In this document: in pieces, positions 8,077 to 18,900 of the stretch
Layout of the letters: each line of letters opens with the position of its first letter
Position numbering within the stretch: position 1 is the first letter of the stretch
Assembly: GCA_049580385.1 (NCBI GenBank)
Contig: JBAUPV010000030.1
Span: 926,190-990,189, forward strand
Reading direction: 5' to 3'
From: Desulfobaccales bacterium
GTDB taxonomy: Bacteria > Desulfobacterota > Desulfobaccia > Desulfobaccales > 0-14-0-80-60-11
DNA: 64,000 nucleotides
Translations under genes and position numbers: made by a program
The notes under the pieces: model-generated
Told to the model about the DNA's origin: nothing
What the model saw: only the letters and a program-made list of their open reading frames with translations
Database searches by the model: none

Positions 8077-9921
8077 ATGGTAAATGCCAACAAACAGGAT
8101 TTTGAGGACGCCCGGCGAGGTTTCATCGCCCCGCTGCTGGACGATGGAGTGATCCGCAATCAGGAAGGCAAGCCGGTCTGGGATATGAGCGGCTTCTCGT
8201 TTATCAAGGAAGGCGCCGCCGCCCCTGAGACCGTCAACCCCAGCCTTTGGCGCCAGTCGCAGCTCCTGACCAACGCCGGGTTGTTTAAGGTGATTGACCG
8301 GGTCTATCAGGTGCGGGGCGCTGACCTCTCCAATATCACCTTCATCGAAGCCGACACAGGTATAATTGTGGTGGATCCCTTGATTTCCATGGAATGTGCA
8401 AAGGCCGCCATCGATCTCTACTATCAGCATCGGCCCAAGAAGCCAGTGATGGCGGTGATCTATACCCACAGCCACGTGGACCACTACGGCGGTGTCAAGG
8501 GCGTGGTCTCCGAGGATGACGTCGAGGCCGGCAAGATCAAGGTCATCGCGCCCGAAGGCTTCCTCAAGGCTGCCCTGGATGAAAACGTAATGGCCGGGAC
8601 GGCTATGGCCCGCCGGGCAGGATACATGTATGGAGTCTTCCTACCACCGGGGCCCCAGGGGAAGGTGACCGTGGGCCTGGGCCTTACGATGTCCACCGGC
8701 ACTGTTACCCTGATCCCGCCCACGGAGGTGGTCACCAACTCCGGCCAGGAAATCATCCTCGATGGCCTCAAATTCGTCTTCCAACTGGCCCCGGACACCG
8801 AAGCCCCGGCTGAGATGCATTTCTATCTGCCGCAGCTCAAGCTGCTCTGCCCGGCGGAAAACTGCTGCCACAACCTGCACAATCTCTATACCCTGCGGGG
8901 AGCTAAGACCCGCGACGCCCTGGCCTGGTCCAAGGCCCTCAACGAGACCCTGGAGCGCTGGGGCGACCAAATTGAGGTCATGCTGAACGTCCATCACTGG
9001 CCCGTCTGGGGCCGGGAGCGCCTCGTCGACCGCCTCAAAAAACAGCGGGACATGTACCGCTACCTCCACGATCAGACCCTGCGATTGGCCAACCAGGGCT
9101 TCACAATGGTGGAGATCGCCGAAATGGTCCACCTGCCCGAGAGCCTGGCCAAGGAGGGGTACGCCCGGGGCTATTACGGGACGGTAAACCATAACGTCAA
9201 GGGAGTGTACATCAAGTACCTGGGCTGGTTCGACGGCAACCCCGCCAACCTGCACCCCCTGCCACCGGTGGAGGCCAGCAAGCGGTATGTGGAGTTCATG
9301 GGTGGCGCGGAAGCGGTTCTGGCCAAGGCCCGCAAGTATTTTGATAAAGGGGAGTATCGCTGGGTGGCCCAGGTAGTGAACCACGTGGTCTTTGCCGACC
9401 CCACGAATGTCAAGGCCCGGGAGTTCCAGGCCAAGGCCCTGGAGCAATTGGGGTACCAGGCCGAATCGGGCCCCTGGCGCAACTTTTATCTCACTGGGGC
9501 TCAGGAACTGCGCCACGGTATAGCCAGGGAGGATGCGGGCACCACGGCCAGCCCCGATACCATCCGGGCCATGCCCCTGGGACTGTTTTTCGACTACCTG
9601 GGCGTCCGGCTCAACGGCCCCAAGGCGGAGGGCAAGACCATCACCATCAACTGGAACTTCACCGACACCAAGGAGCAGTATGTCCTGGCCCTGGAAAATG
9701 GCGCCTTGAATAACACAGCCAACAAACAGGCGAAAGAGGCGGACGCTTCCGTGACCCTGACCCGGGCGGCGTTTGGCGAAGCCATCATGGGTGGCCAACC
9801 AAAGCTCCAAGCCAAAATTGCTGCGGGGGACATCAAGATCGAAGGGAAAATGGAGAAGCTGGGGGAGTTGCTGTCCCTCATGGATAACTTCGATCCCTGG
9901 TTTAATATCGTCACGCCATAA
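8077..9921 (+). CDS. alkyl/aryl-sulfatase of the MBL-fold SdsA1/BDS1 family (MBL + dimerisation + SCP2-like C-terminus)
   Basis: 614-aa ORF. Family hallmarks: DFEDARRGFIA, VNPSLWRQSQL, VYQVRG and the metal motif THSHVDHYGG. An in-frame TAG lies 12 nt upstream of the ATG, so no signal peptide is encoded. Confidence 0.85.
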   Translation: MVNANKQDFEDARRGFIAPLLDDGVIRNQEGKPVWDMSGFSFIKEGAAAPETVNPSLWRQSQLLTNAGLFKVIDRVYQVRGADLSNITFIEADTGIIVVDPLISMECAKAAIDLYYQHRPKKPVMAVIYTHSHVDHYGGVKGVVSEDDVEAGKIKVIAPEGFLKAALDENVMAGTAMARRAGYMYGVFLPPGPQGKVTVGLGLTMSTGTVTLIPPTEVVTNSGQEIILDGLKFVFQLAPDTEAPAEMHFYLPQLKLLCPAENCCHNLHNLYTLRGAKTRDALAWSKALNETLERWGDQIEVMLNVHHWPVWGRERLVDRLKKQRDMYRYLHDQTLRLANQGFTMVEIAEMVHLPESLAKEGYARGYYGTVNHNVKGVYIKYLGWFDGNPANLHPLPPVEASKRYVEFMGGAEAVLAKARKYFDKGEYRWVAQVVNHVVFADPTNVKAREFQAKALEQLGYQAESGPWRNFYLTGAQELRHGIAREDAGTTASPDTIRAMPLGLFFDYLGVRLNGPKAEGKTITINWNFTDTKEQYVLALENGALNNTANKQAKEADASVTLTRAAFGEAIMGGQPKLQAKIAAGDIKIEGKMEKLGELLSLMDNFDPWFNIVTP

Positions 9922-10276
9922 CGACTTCGGAGCCATGAGATGACCGCGCCGCCGGAAATTTGGGCCACCAAAGTGACCGGATTGTTGAAGGGAGATCCGG
10001 GCTATGAGATGGCGGTAGCTTACAGCAAAGCGGTAAAAAGTCCTTGCATATCCCGCAGTTGTCCTTGGGTTATATCCTCAGCAAGACCAAACCCCGGCTC
10101 GGGGTGGCCGCTCATTTTACGGCCAACCCGGAAAACCTCAAACCCGCGCTTGACGATACTGGCAAGGAGTCCATGGATTTCCTTGATAAAATCTTATGTT
10201 CCACTAGGCCAGTTGACTTTCGAACCCGGTGGGTTAGTGCCAGTCAATAATGATTACCTGAAAGGAGTCTTTCATT

Positions 10277-12672
10277 ATGGATAGACCGCGCCCCGAATGG
10301 CAATTAATGGTTAAGGTTGCTTTAACCGGTCTGACCCTGGCCCTGGTATTGGCCTTCGGCAGCCAGGCAGCTAGGGCCCAGGAGTCCAAAGATAAGTGGC
10401 CCAAACGGTTCGAGGCCCCCAAAGGCGTCGTGGTCATGTACCAACCTCAGCTCGAGGATTTTAAGGGCGACGTCCTTACCGGCCGGGCCGCGGTCTCGGT
10501 GCAGAAAAAGGAATGGAAAGAGCCGGTGTTCGGCGCCGTCTGGCTCTCCGGCCGCGTCCTCACCGACCGGGATACCCGCATGGCCACCATTACCGAGGTC
10601 AAAGTTACCGACGCCAGGTTTCCCCAGGCCAAGCCGGAGCAGGTGGAGAAGCTTAAGACCTTTTTGAACGATCAGATGCAGAATTGGAACATTCCCATCG
10701 GTCTGGACCGGCTGCTGGCCGCCCTGGAAGTGGTGCAGAAGGAACAGGCCGGAGACCGGGGTTTAAACAACGAGCCGCCCCAGATCATCTTTGTCAGCCA
10801 CCCCGCGGTGCTGGTACCCCTGGACGGCGACCCCAAGCTGCTGCCGCTGCCCAAATCCTCCCTCATGAGGGTGGCGAACACGCCTTTTATCATGCTCTAT
10901 GATCCCAAGGCCAAGATCTATTACCTGAAGGGCGGGGAGACCTGGCTGGCCGCTGCCGATCTCAAGGGCCCCTTTAAGGGCGTGGACCGGCCGCCGGAGT
11001 CGATAACCGCCTGGGAGGCCGAGGCCGCTAAAGCCAGCCAGGGCCAGGAAGGCCCCCAAAAGGTGGAAGCCAAGGCCGGCAAGATGCCGGAAGTCATCGT
11101 CAGCACGGTGCCGGCAGAGCTGCTGGCGACCGACGGGGAGCCCCAATACACCCCCATTAAAGATACCAACCTTCTTTACGTGAGCAATACCGAGAGCAGT
11201 ATCTTCCTGGATACCGCCACCCAGGATTACTTCGCCATCATCTCGGGCCGCTGGTTCCAGACCAAGTCCCTGGCCAATGGACCCTGGGCCTATGTGGCCC
11301 CCGATAAACTTCCCGGGGATTTTGCCCGAATTCCGGAAAATTCGGCCAAGGGCTATGTCCTGGTGAGCGTGGGGGGCACCCCCCAGGCCAAGGAGGCGGT
11401 CCTGGACAACTCCATTCCCCAGACCGCCATCATTGACCGGAAAAAAGCCGCTATTCAGGTAGAGTATGCCGGGGATCCCAATTTTGAGAGGATTGGCGAC
11501 ACCAACCTGGAGTATGCCGTAAATACCGGCAGGACTGTGTTAAAAGCAGGAACCAAATATTTTGTCGTGGACCAGGGGGTTTGGTACGAGGCCGGCTCTC
11601 CTAAAGGTCCCTGGACGGTATCGGTGCAGCCGCCTCAGGAAGTGGACAAGATCCTCCCCAGCAACCCCTGCTACAGCGCCAAGTACGTAAAGGTCTATGA
11701 GTCCACGGATGATACGGTCACCGTAGGCTACACCCCCGGCTATACCGGCTCCTACGTGGACAGCGGCACGGTGGTTTACGGCACCGGCTACAATTACCCG
11801 GGTTATGCTACCCCGGATGCCTATATTCCACCCCCGGCTACTTATGGATACGCCGCGGCTTACGACCCTTACGCCGAACCTGGGGGTACCAAACCCCTTA
11901 TTATAATCCGGCCAGTTGGCTCGTCCCCGGGCTTATCGGCTTTGCCGCGGGCATGGCGGTGGGCGCGGTCACCAGTCCCTGGTGGGGCCATAGTTACGGT
12001 TATTGGGGCGGCGGCTGGTGGGGACATGGCGGCTATAACAACATCAATATCAATAATATCCAAAATAATGTGATCAACTGGCATCCCCACGGCGGGCCCA
12101 TCCATGGCCGGCCCATCATCCATCCGGTGACCGGTCCGGCGAACCGGCCGAACCTCTATAATCGGCCCGGGAACGAGAAGCGGCTGGCCTCCCGGCCCAC
12201 CACCCTGCCCGCGGGCCAGGCGGGACGCCCCGGCGGGCCGGCAAAGCCGGGGCCAGGGGGCCCATTGGCTGGGAAGCCCGCCACCTTGCCCGCCGGCAGG
12301 CCTGCCGCCAAACCGGCTCAGCCCAAAGTCCGGCCGGCGGGGGGCCGGGACAACGTTCTGGCCGGTAAAAACGGCAATGTCTACAAGCGGGACAATCAAG
12401 GCAACTGGCAGGAACGCCGGGGAAATCAGTGGGCCAAACCCGGAGCCGCGGCTCCCCGTCCCGGCCAGGCCCCGGCCCGCCCGGCAACCCGGCCCAGCCC
12501 CGATTTCGGCCAGTTGAACCGGGACTTCGCTGCCCGCCAGCGCGGCGATACGCGCGTCCAGAACTTCCAGCGGGCCAATCCGGCCCCCCGTCCCAGCGGC
12601 GGCGGCCGGCCTGCCGGGGGTGGCGGCATCAGTCGATCCTCGGGTGGAGGGCGCGGCGGCAGGCGGCGGTAG
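10277..12672 (+). pseudogene. secreted Tyr/Gly/Pro-rich protein with apparent single-base frameshift near 11879-11887 (or an assembly error)
   Basis: ORF 10277..12073 has a signal peptide (LTLALVLAFGSQAARAQES). After ...YGYAAAYDPYAEPGG its tail becomes implausible. The -1 frame continues naturally as WGYQTPYYNPASWLVPGLIGFAAGMAVGAVTSPWWGHSYGYWGGGWW... and is the ORF 11953..12672, which ends in a G/R/P-rich tail. The switch maps to a G5 run at 11882-11886. Confidence 0.55.
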
Positions 12673-12944
12673 TCCCCAGCCTCAGCACCATAGACGGCTG
12701 GTGGCTGGAAGGCCACATCGAGAACTTCACCGGTTGGGCCATCGGCGTGGGGGCACCTGCTGGTCTTCAGTATTCTGACGACGCCGATTGCCTCTACGGC
12801 AAACTCGAAAAGGTGATAATCCCCAGATATTATCGGGAGCGCTCGTTCTTCGTGCACGCCATGGACGGCGCTATTGCCCTGAACGGGTCCGTCTTTAAGA
12901 CCCAGCAAATGTTGCAGCAGTATGCAGTAAGGGCGTACCTCTGA
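12673..12944 (+). pseudogene. C-terminal remnant (~90 aa) of an alpha-glucan (glycogen/maltodextrin) phosphorylase
   Basis: The translation SLSTIDGWWLEGHIENFTGWAIG...DDADCLYGKLEKVIIPRYYRERSFFVHAMDGAIALNGSVFKTQQMLQQYAVRAYL* matches the conserved C-terminus of GlgP-family alpha-glucan phosphorylases (DGWW.EG...GWAIG...DA..LY..LE..i.P.fY). No upstream part of the gene is present. Confidence 0.7.
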
Positions 12945-13130
12945 GAACAGCTGGTTATACATGGAGCGGCACAGTCGTCACTCCCCTTTCACCTCCCATA
13001 AACAATGGCAGGTCTCCCTCGTTCTCCCAACCCTCTCCGACTGGAAATGGAAATAATTTTCAAAAAGAACTTGCCTACCCGGCGGCTTTGAGTCCACAAT
13101 ACTGAAATTTTTAGCGGGAGAAGGCGCCGC

Positions 13131-14471
13131 ATGCGGAGGTTCCTCTTTTGCCTGCTGTTGATTCTGGCGACGCCGGCCTGGGCCCAGCCTCCGGCGGGGG
13201 CCCCGAAAAGTCTGCTCACTCTGGAGGAGGCCGTCAACACTGCCTTGCAAGAAAACCGGCAGGTGCAGAATGCCACCCTGGAGGTCTCGAAGTCGGAGCA
13301 TATGCTGGCCGCGGTGCGTACCCACCGCTGGCCCATTTTCGAGGTGGTAGCGGCGGAAGACTGGCTGCTGACGCCCCTGGAGAATTTCAACGCCCTCGGC
13401 AGCCTTCCGGGCCTGCTGCCCATTCCCATTCCCGTTTCCACTCCCACCAGTCTGATCAAGAGCCAGCAGCCCACGGCCTATATTGCCGGTTTAATGGCCC
13501 AGCCCCTCAGCCAGCAGTACCGCATCGGCCTCAACATCTCCATGCACAACGTCATGCGGGAGATTGCCTGGGAGGAACTGCGGGCCAAACGCCAGGCCGT
13601 GGTCAATGATGTGAAGCGGGTCTATTTCAGCATTCTCCAGACCCAGAGTTCCCTGGAGAGCGTGGAGGAAAACATCCGCTTTCTGCGGGAACTGGACCGC
13701 CTCACGGGCCACCGTCTCAAGCAAGAGGCGGTGCTCAAGTCCCAAAGTCTGGAGGTGAAGGCCCGCCTGGCCCAGACGGCGCAGGATCAGATAGTGTTGC
13801 ATAACAATCTCGCCACCCAGAAAGAGCAGCTCAACGACCTGATGGGCCGCAATATCCTCACCGAGTTTCGCGTCAACCCGGTGCCCGAGGCCACGTCCCT
13901 GGAAAACGACCTGGAAGGGGCCCGGACCCGGGCCTTACAGCAGCGGCCGGAGATCCGGGAGGCGAGGCTGAGGACCAAACAGGCGGAATACGACCGCTGG
14001 ATCAAGCAGGCGGAATATATCCCCGATATCAGCTTTACCGTGTCATATGCCAAGACCGTCAACCTGTCGCCGCTGCCGGATAATCTCGGTTTTGCCGGGT
14101 TCATGCTGACCTGGGAGCCCTTCGACTGGGGTCGCAAGCGCCAGGAACTGGATGCCAAGACCGCCACCCTGGCCCAGACCAAAAATACCAGCCAGGAAAC
14201 CGAATCTAAGGTGCTCATCGACGTGGACAGCAAATTCCGCTCGCTCCAGGCCAGCCGGGGGCAGTTACTGGCTAGCCGGGCGGCCCAGGAAGCGGCCCTG
14301 GAAAAGCTCAAGGAAACCATGGACGACTTCAAGAACGACACCGTCCTCCTCAAGGACGTGCTCGAGGCCCAGACCCATCTGGCCCAGGCCGATAGCGAGT
14401 ATCAAAAGGCCCTGTCCGGCGTCTGGACGGATAAGGCCGCCTTCGAAAAGGCCACGGGGGAAGAGAAATGA
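13131..14471 (+). CDS. TolC-family outer-membrane efflux protein
   Basis: 446-aa ORF. Signal peptide MRRFLFCLLLILATPAWA. LTLEEAVNTALQENRQVQ and the two-repeat coiled-coil architecture are typical of the OEP family. ATGA overlap with the next gene. Confidence 0.85.
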   Translation: MRRFLFCLLLILATPAWAQPPAGAPKSLLTLEEAVNTALQENRQVQNATLEVSKSEHMLAAVRTHRWPIFEVVAAEDWLLTPLENFNALGSLPGLLPIPIPVSTPTSLIKSQQPTAYIAGLMAQPLSQQYRIGLNISMHNVMREIAWEELRAKRQAVVNDVKRVYFSILQTQSSLESVEENIRFLRELDRLTGHRLKQEAVLKSQSLEVKARLAQTAQDQIVLHNNLATQKEQLNDLMGRNILTEFRVNPVPEATSLENDLEGARTRALQQRPEIREARLRTKQAEYDRWIKQAEYIPDISFTVSYAKTVNLSPLPDNLGFAGFMLTWEPFDWGRKRQELDAKTATLAQTKNTSQETESKVLIDVDSKFRSLQASRGQLLASRAAQEAALEKLKETMDDFKNDTVLLKDVLEAQTHLAQADSEYQKALSGVWTDKAAFEKATGEEK

Positions 14472-15604
14472 GGCCCTTAAAATTTTTGGGGACCGCCCTG
14501 GTCTGGGTGCTCCTGGCCGCTGGCTGCGGTCAGGCGGAAAAACCGGCGCCGCCGCCTACCCCGGTGGGGGTCCGGGCCGCCGAGACCTACCAGGGAGGCG
14601 GCGAGGTCCGCTATTCCGCCAACATCCAGCCCTACGCCCAGGTGGACCTGGCCTTCAAGTCGGGGGGCTATCTCACCGGCATCTTCCGGGTCCGGGGGGT
14701 GGACGGCAAGCTGCGCAACGTCCAGGGCGGCGACTACGTGAAGCGGGGCGCGGTGCTGGCCCAGGTGCGCCTGAGCGACTACCAGGCCAAACTGAGCCAG
14801 GCCGCCGGCCTGTTGGCCTCGTCCCGGGCCGCCTTGGAGCACGCGGAACTGGACTTGGGGCGGGCCCAAGCCCTTTATGCCGCCAACAGCATGACGAAAT
14901 CCGACTACGACAAGGCCATGGCCAGGTATGGCGAAGCCGCGGGCAGCGTCGCCTCCAACTCAGCCCAGGTCCAGGAGGCCGGGATCGCCATGGAGGACAC
15001 CGCCCTGAAGGCCCCCACCGCCTCCCTGGTGCTCAAACGCAAGGTCGAGGTGGGCGACCTGGTCAACCAGGGTACGGTGGGCTTCACCCTGGCCAACACC
15101 GAAGAGGTCAAGGTGGTCTTTGGCATCTCCGACCTGATGCTCAAACACCTGAAGCTCGGCGATCGCCTGGACGTCACCACTGAGGCCCTGCGCGGCCGCG
15201 TCTTCCGCGGCCAGGTGACCGCCATTTCGCCCTCCGCCGACCCCAAAAGCCGGGTCTTCGACGTGGAGATCACCATCCCCAACCCCGAGCAGGAACTGAA
15301 GGTGGGCATGATCGCGGCGGTGGCGGTGGCCACCGGCCAGGCCCCCGCCAACCTCACCGTGGTGCCGCTGACCGCCATCATCCGCTCCAAGACCAACCCT
15401 GAGGGCTACGCCCTCTTTGTGGTGGAGGAGCAGAAGGGCCGCCAGGTGGCCCGCCTGCGAGACAACATCAAATTAGGCGAGGTTTACGGCAACATGATCG
15501 CCGTCACCCGGGGCGTCAAGATCGGCGATCCGGTGATCATCACCGGCGCCACCCTGGTCACCAACGGCCAACCGGTGCGCATCATCCCCCCGCCGGAGCG
15601 GTGA
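14468..15604 (+). CDS. efflux RND periplasmic adaptor (membrane fusion protein, HlyD family)
   Basis: 378-aa ORF. Lipoprotein-like N-terminus (LLAAGCGQ). It has the typical MFP barrel-sandwich/hairpin layout, e.g. GAVLAQVRLSDYQAKLSQAAG...LDLGRAQALY. Confidence 0.85.
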   Translation: MRPLKFLGTALVWVLLAAGCGQAEKPAPPPTPVGVRAAETYQGGGEVRYSANIQPYAQVDLAFKSGGYLTGIFRVRGVDGKLRNVQGGDYVKRGAVLAQVRLSDYQAKLSQAAGLLASSRAALEHAELDLGRAQALYAANSMTKSDYDKAMARYGEAAGSVASNSAQVQEAGIAMEDTALKAPTASLVLKRKVEVGDLVNQGTVGFTLANTEEVKVVFGISDLMLKHLKLGDRLDVTTEALRGRVFRGQVTAISPSADPKSRVFDVEITIPNPEQELKVGMIAAVAVATGQAPANLTVVPLTAIIRSKTNPEGYALFVVEEQKGRQVARLRDNIKLGEVYGNMIAVTRGVKIGDPVIITGATLVTNGQPVRIIPPPER

Positions 15605-15624
15605 GGGCTAAGCATAGGCGCTCT

Positions 15625-15766
15625 CGTTCCCAAGCTCCTGCTCGGGAACGCATATTGGACGCCAAGCTCCAGCTTGGCGAGAGGAGAGTCACCTTTATGG
15701 TTACTGGCATTTAAGCGAAGCAGAGCTTCGCACCCAAGCGGGTTCCCAAGCTGGAGCTTGGGAACC
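15625..15766. repeat. cluster of four GC-rich hairpin repeats between the MFP and RND genes
   Basis: Palindromes: cgttcccaagctcctgctcgggaacg (15625-15650), cgccaagctccagcttggcg (15660-15679), gcgaagcagagcttcgc (15715-15731) and ggttcccaagctggagcttgggaacc (15741-15766). The ttcccaagc/gcttgggaa arms recur at 60548-60570 and 60657-60679. Confidence 0.8.
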
Positions 15767-15840
15767 AGACTTAAATAAATTATCTTTTCAAACAGTCACT
15801 TAGTGTCCCACGCCCTAATAATGGCCTGTAGGACGCGCCC

Positions 15841-15905
15841 AATAGAAAATAGAAAACCGAAAACAAATATCTGGCTACTGGCTACTGACTACTGGCAACT
15901 GACCA
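15841..15905 (+). repeat. two adjacent degenerate heptanucleotide tandem tracts ending at the RND start codon
   Basis: First tract: aatagaa aatagaa aaccgaa aacaaat. Then 'at'. Second tract: ctggcta ctggcta ctgacta ctggcaa ctgacca. The final 'a' of the second tract is the A of ATG 15905. Confidence 0.8.
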
Positions 15906-18900
15906 TGGCGCCTCGCAAGACTGACGACGAATACATCCAGAAGGTCCACAACACGGCCCGCTTCTTTGTGGAGCATCCGCAAATTTCCTGGGTCTTGCTG
16001 ATCGCGGTGTTGTTATGGGGCTACTTCGGCTATACGGGCATGCCCCAGCGCAAAGACCCGGATATCCCGGTGCGCCAAGCTCAGATCATCTGCCCTTGGC
16101 CGGGGATGGTCACCGACAAGGTCGAGCAGCTCGTCACCCGCAAGATCGAACTGAAGGTCGCCGAAAACACCCACCTCAAGAAGATCGAGTCCACCTCCCG
16201 GGTGGGCGTCTCCGTGATCACGGTGGAGCTGGACGAGAAGGTGGAGGACACCGGCAAGCAGTTCGACGACATCAAGTACCGCCTGGACTCCATCCACGAC
16301 CTGCCGCAGGGGGCCGGCCCCATCCAGTTTCTCAAGGACTATGGCGACACCGCCGCCCTGATGTTGACCGTAGCCAGCCCCAAGGTGGGCGCGGTGGAGA
16401 TTGGGCTCCGGGCCCGGGATATGGAAAAGGCCATTGCCCAGGTGCGGCGGCAGGCCGGGGCCGGGCCGGAGGCGCCTCGAGTCACCCTGGTCTTCGGCTT
16501 CCCCATCTCCATCAGTCCCAAGATGGTCCATCCGCCCGTGGACCTGTTCGCGGCGTATATCCAAAAGGCGGGCCTGGCTCGGGACGTGCGCCTCATTGAA
16601 GGCCCGGGGTTCATCGGCGTAGATGCCGCCACCAAGGCCAGCAACGACCAGATCATGGCCGTTCTCAACCGTTTCATCCGGGAGCGGCTGCGGGCCTCGG
16701 AGGTGAACCCCGAGGTCTGGGAGCCGGTGCTCATCCGGGACCCAGGCCAGACTGCCGCGGTTCTGGCGCAGCATCCCGGCGACAAGTACAGCTACCGGGA
16801 AATGGACCATTTCACCAAGCTCATCGAGCGCACCCTGCTGGGCGTGACCGTGGCCCTGGACAAGACGCCCATCGTCACCAAGGTGAGCCGCAGCGGCGTC
16901 CTGGATGAGGCCATCTGGCTGGAATACTCCCAGGAGCGTCTGGCCTCCTACGGCGGCAACGTCACCCAGTTGCCGGATATCCTCAACGCCCGCAACATTG
17001 CGGTCCCCGGCGGCGTCCTGGAAGTGGAAGGCAAGGACGTGACGGTGGTGCCTTCCGGGGAGTTCCAGAGCGAAAAGGAGATCGGCGACGTCATGGTGGC
17101 GGCCACCGCCAAGGAGGTGCCGGTCTATCTGAGGGACATGGTGGACGTGGTGAGGGGCTACGAAAGCCCCCCCCGGTTCCTGAATTTTTTTTACTGGCGG
17201 GACGCCCAGGGCAAGTGGCAACGCTCCCGGGCCATTACCCTGGCGGTGCAGATGCGGGCCGGGGAGAAGATCGGCGAGTTCGGCCAGGCCGTGGACGGGG
17301 CGCTCTCCAACCTGAAAAAGATCCTGCCGGAAGACCTGATCATGGTGCGGACCTCGGACCAGCCGCAGCAGGTCAAGGAAAATATCGACCTGTTCATGAA
17401 GAGTCTCTATGAGGCCATCTTCCTGGTGGTTCTGGTCTCCTGGATCGGTTTCTGGGGCTGGCGCTCGGCCCTGCTCATGGCCTTTTCCATCCCCCTGACC
17501 CTGACCATGACCTTCGGGATGATGTATTTCCTGGGGATCGATCTGCAGCAGGTCTCCATTGCCGCGCTGATCATCGCCCTGGGGCTCCTGGTGGATGACC
17601 CCGTGGTGGCGGGGGACGCCATCAAACGGGAACTGGGCCGGGGGCAGAAATCCCTGGTGGCGGCCTGGCTGGGACCCACCAAGCTGGCCACCGCCATCGT
17701 CTTTGCCACCATCACCAATATCGTGGCCTATCTGCCTTTCCTGATGGTGGGGGGCGACACCGGGCGCTTCATCTATTCCCTGCCAGTAGTCATGGCCTGC
17801 GCCCTGGTGTCCTCGCGCATCGTCTCCATGACCTTTATCCCCTTCCTGGGCTATTACCTGCTGCGGTCCCCCAAGGTTCTGGAGGCGCCCATCGCTGAGC
17901 GGCGCCAGCACGGCTTTTTGGGGCTTTATTATCAGTTCGGCCGCCAGGTCATCGAACATCGCTGGCGGTTTATGGCCGGCTCCCTGGTCTTTCTGGGCCT
18001 AGGCGCCTTGGCCATGTGGAAGCTCGATACCGCCTTTTTTCCCAAGGACCTGTCGTATCTCTCTTACGTGGACGTCTGGCTGCCGGAGGATGCCCCGTTG
18101 TCCGCTACGGATGCAACGGCGCGCCAGGTCGAAGCCATCGTGGGGAAAGTGTCCGCGGAGTATGGCAAAGAACATCCGGGGCCGGACGGCAAGCCCCGGG
18201 AGGTGCTGAAGTGCCTCACCTCCTTTGTCGGCGGCGGCGGACCGCGGTTCTGGTTCTCCGTGTCCCCCGAAGCCCAGCAGAACAACTACGCCCAAATCGT
18301 CATCCAGGTCAAGGACAAACATGACACCAACCACCTGGTGGACCCCTGGCAGCAGGCCCTGCTGCGGGCCATCCCCGGGGCCCGGGTGGACGTCAGGCAA
18401 TTGGATACCGGCACGCCCATCAAATTTCCGGTCTCCATCCGTCTCGCCGGCGAAGACGCCCGCACCTTGCGGCAACTGGCCGGCGAGGTGGAAAAGATCT
18501 ACCGCTCCACGCCCCTGGCGGCGCGCTATCGGGATGATTGGGGCTCGGAAAATCTGGTGGCCCTGATCAAGGTCGATCCGGACCGGGCCAACCTGGCCGG
18601 GGTCACCAACTATGACGTGGCCGCGGCCTCGGCGGTGGGCATGAACGGCTACCAGGTGGGGACGCTCAGGGAAGGCGACAAACAGATTCCCATCATGGCC
18701 CGCCTGGTCATGGAGGAGCGGGCCCGGCTGGCTGACCTCTCCAATCTCTACGTCTATTCTTCCCAGGGGTCTCAGAAGGTCCCCTTGGGGTTGATCTCGA
18801 GCCTGGAATACCACATGGAGACCGAGAAGATTCAGCGCCGCCAGCAATTTCGCACCATTGAAGTCTCTTGTTTCCCGGTGCCCGGGGCCTTGGCCTCTCA

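Noticed and set aside
7906-8484. 192-aa minus-strand ORF overlapping the alkylsulfatase start
   Set aside because: It is antisense to the strongly supported sulfatase N-terminus, has no motifs and shows shadow-ORF composition.
9940-10284. Short ORFs between the alkylsulfatase and the secreted-protein gene, possibly a remnant of an MBL-fold hydrolase C-terminus (LSKTKPRLGVAAHF resembles ...k.LvltHf)
   Set aside because: The similarity is a few residues only and requires a frameshift, so it is too weak to annotate.
16013-17959. Very long antisense or off-frame ORFs inside real genes (e.g. 16013..17959 -, 20179..22140 -, 8641..9936 -, 28594..30147 -, 33211..34749 -, 45683..47548 -, 52628..54013 -, 48109..49188 -)
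   Set aside because: These are typical GC-rich shadow ORFs. They show low-complexity G/P/R/H/D-rich translations and no motifs. Each fully overlaps a gene with unambiguous family signatures on the other strand or frame.
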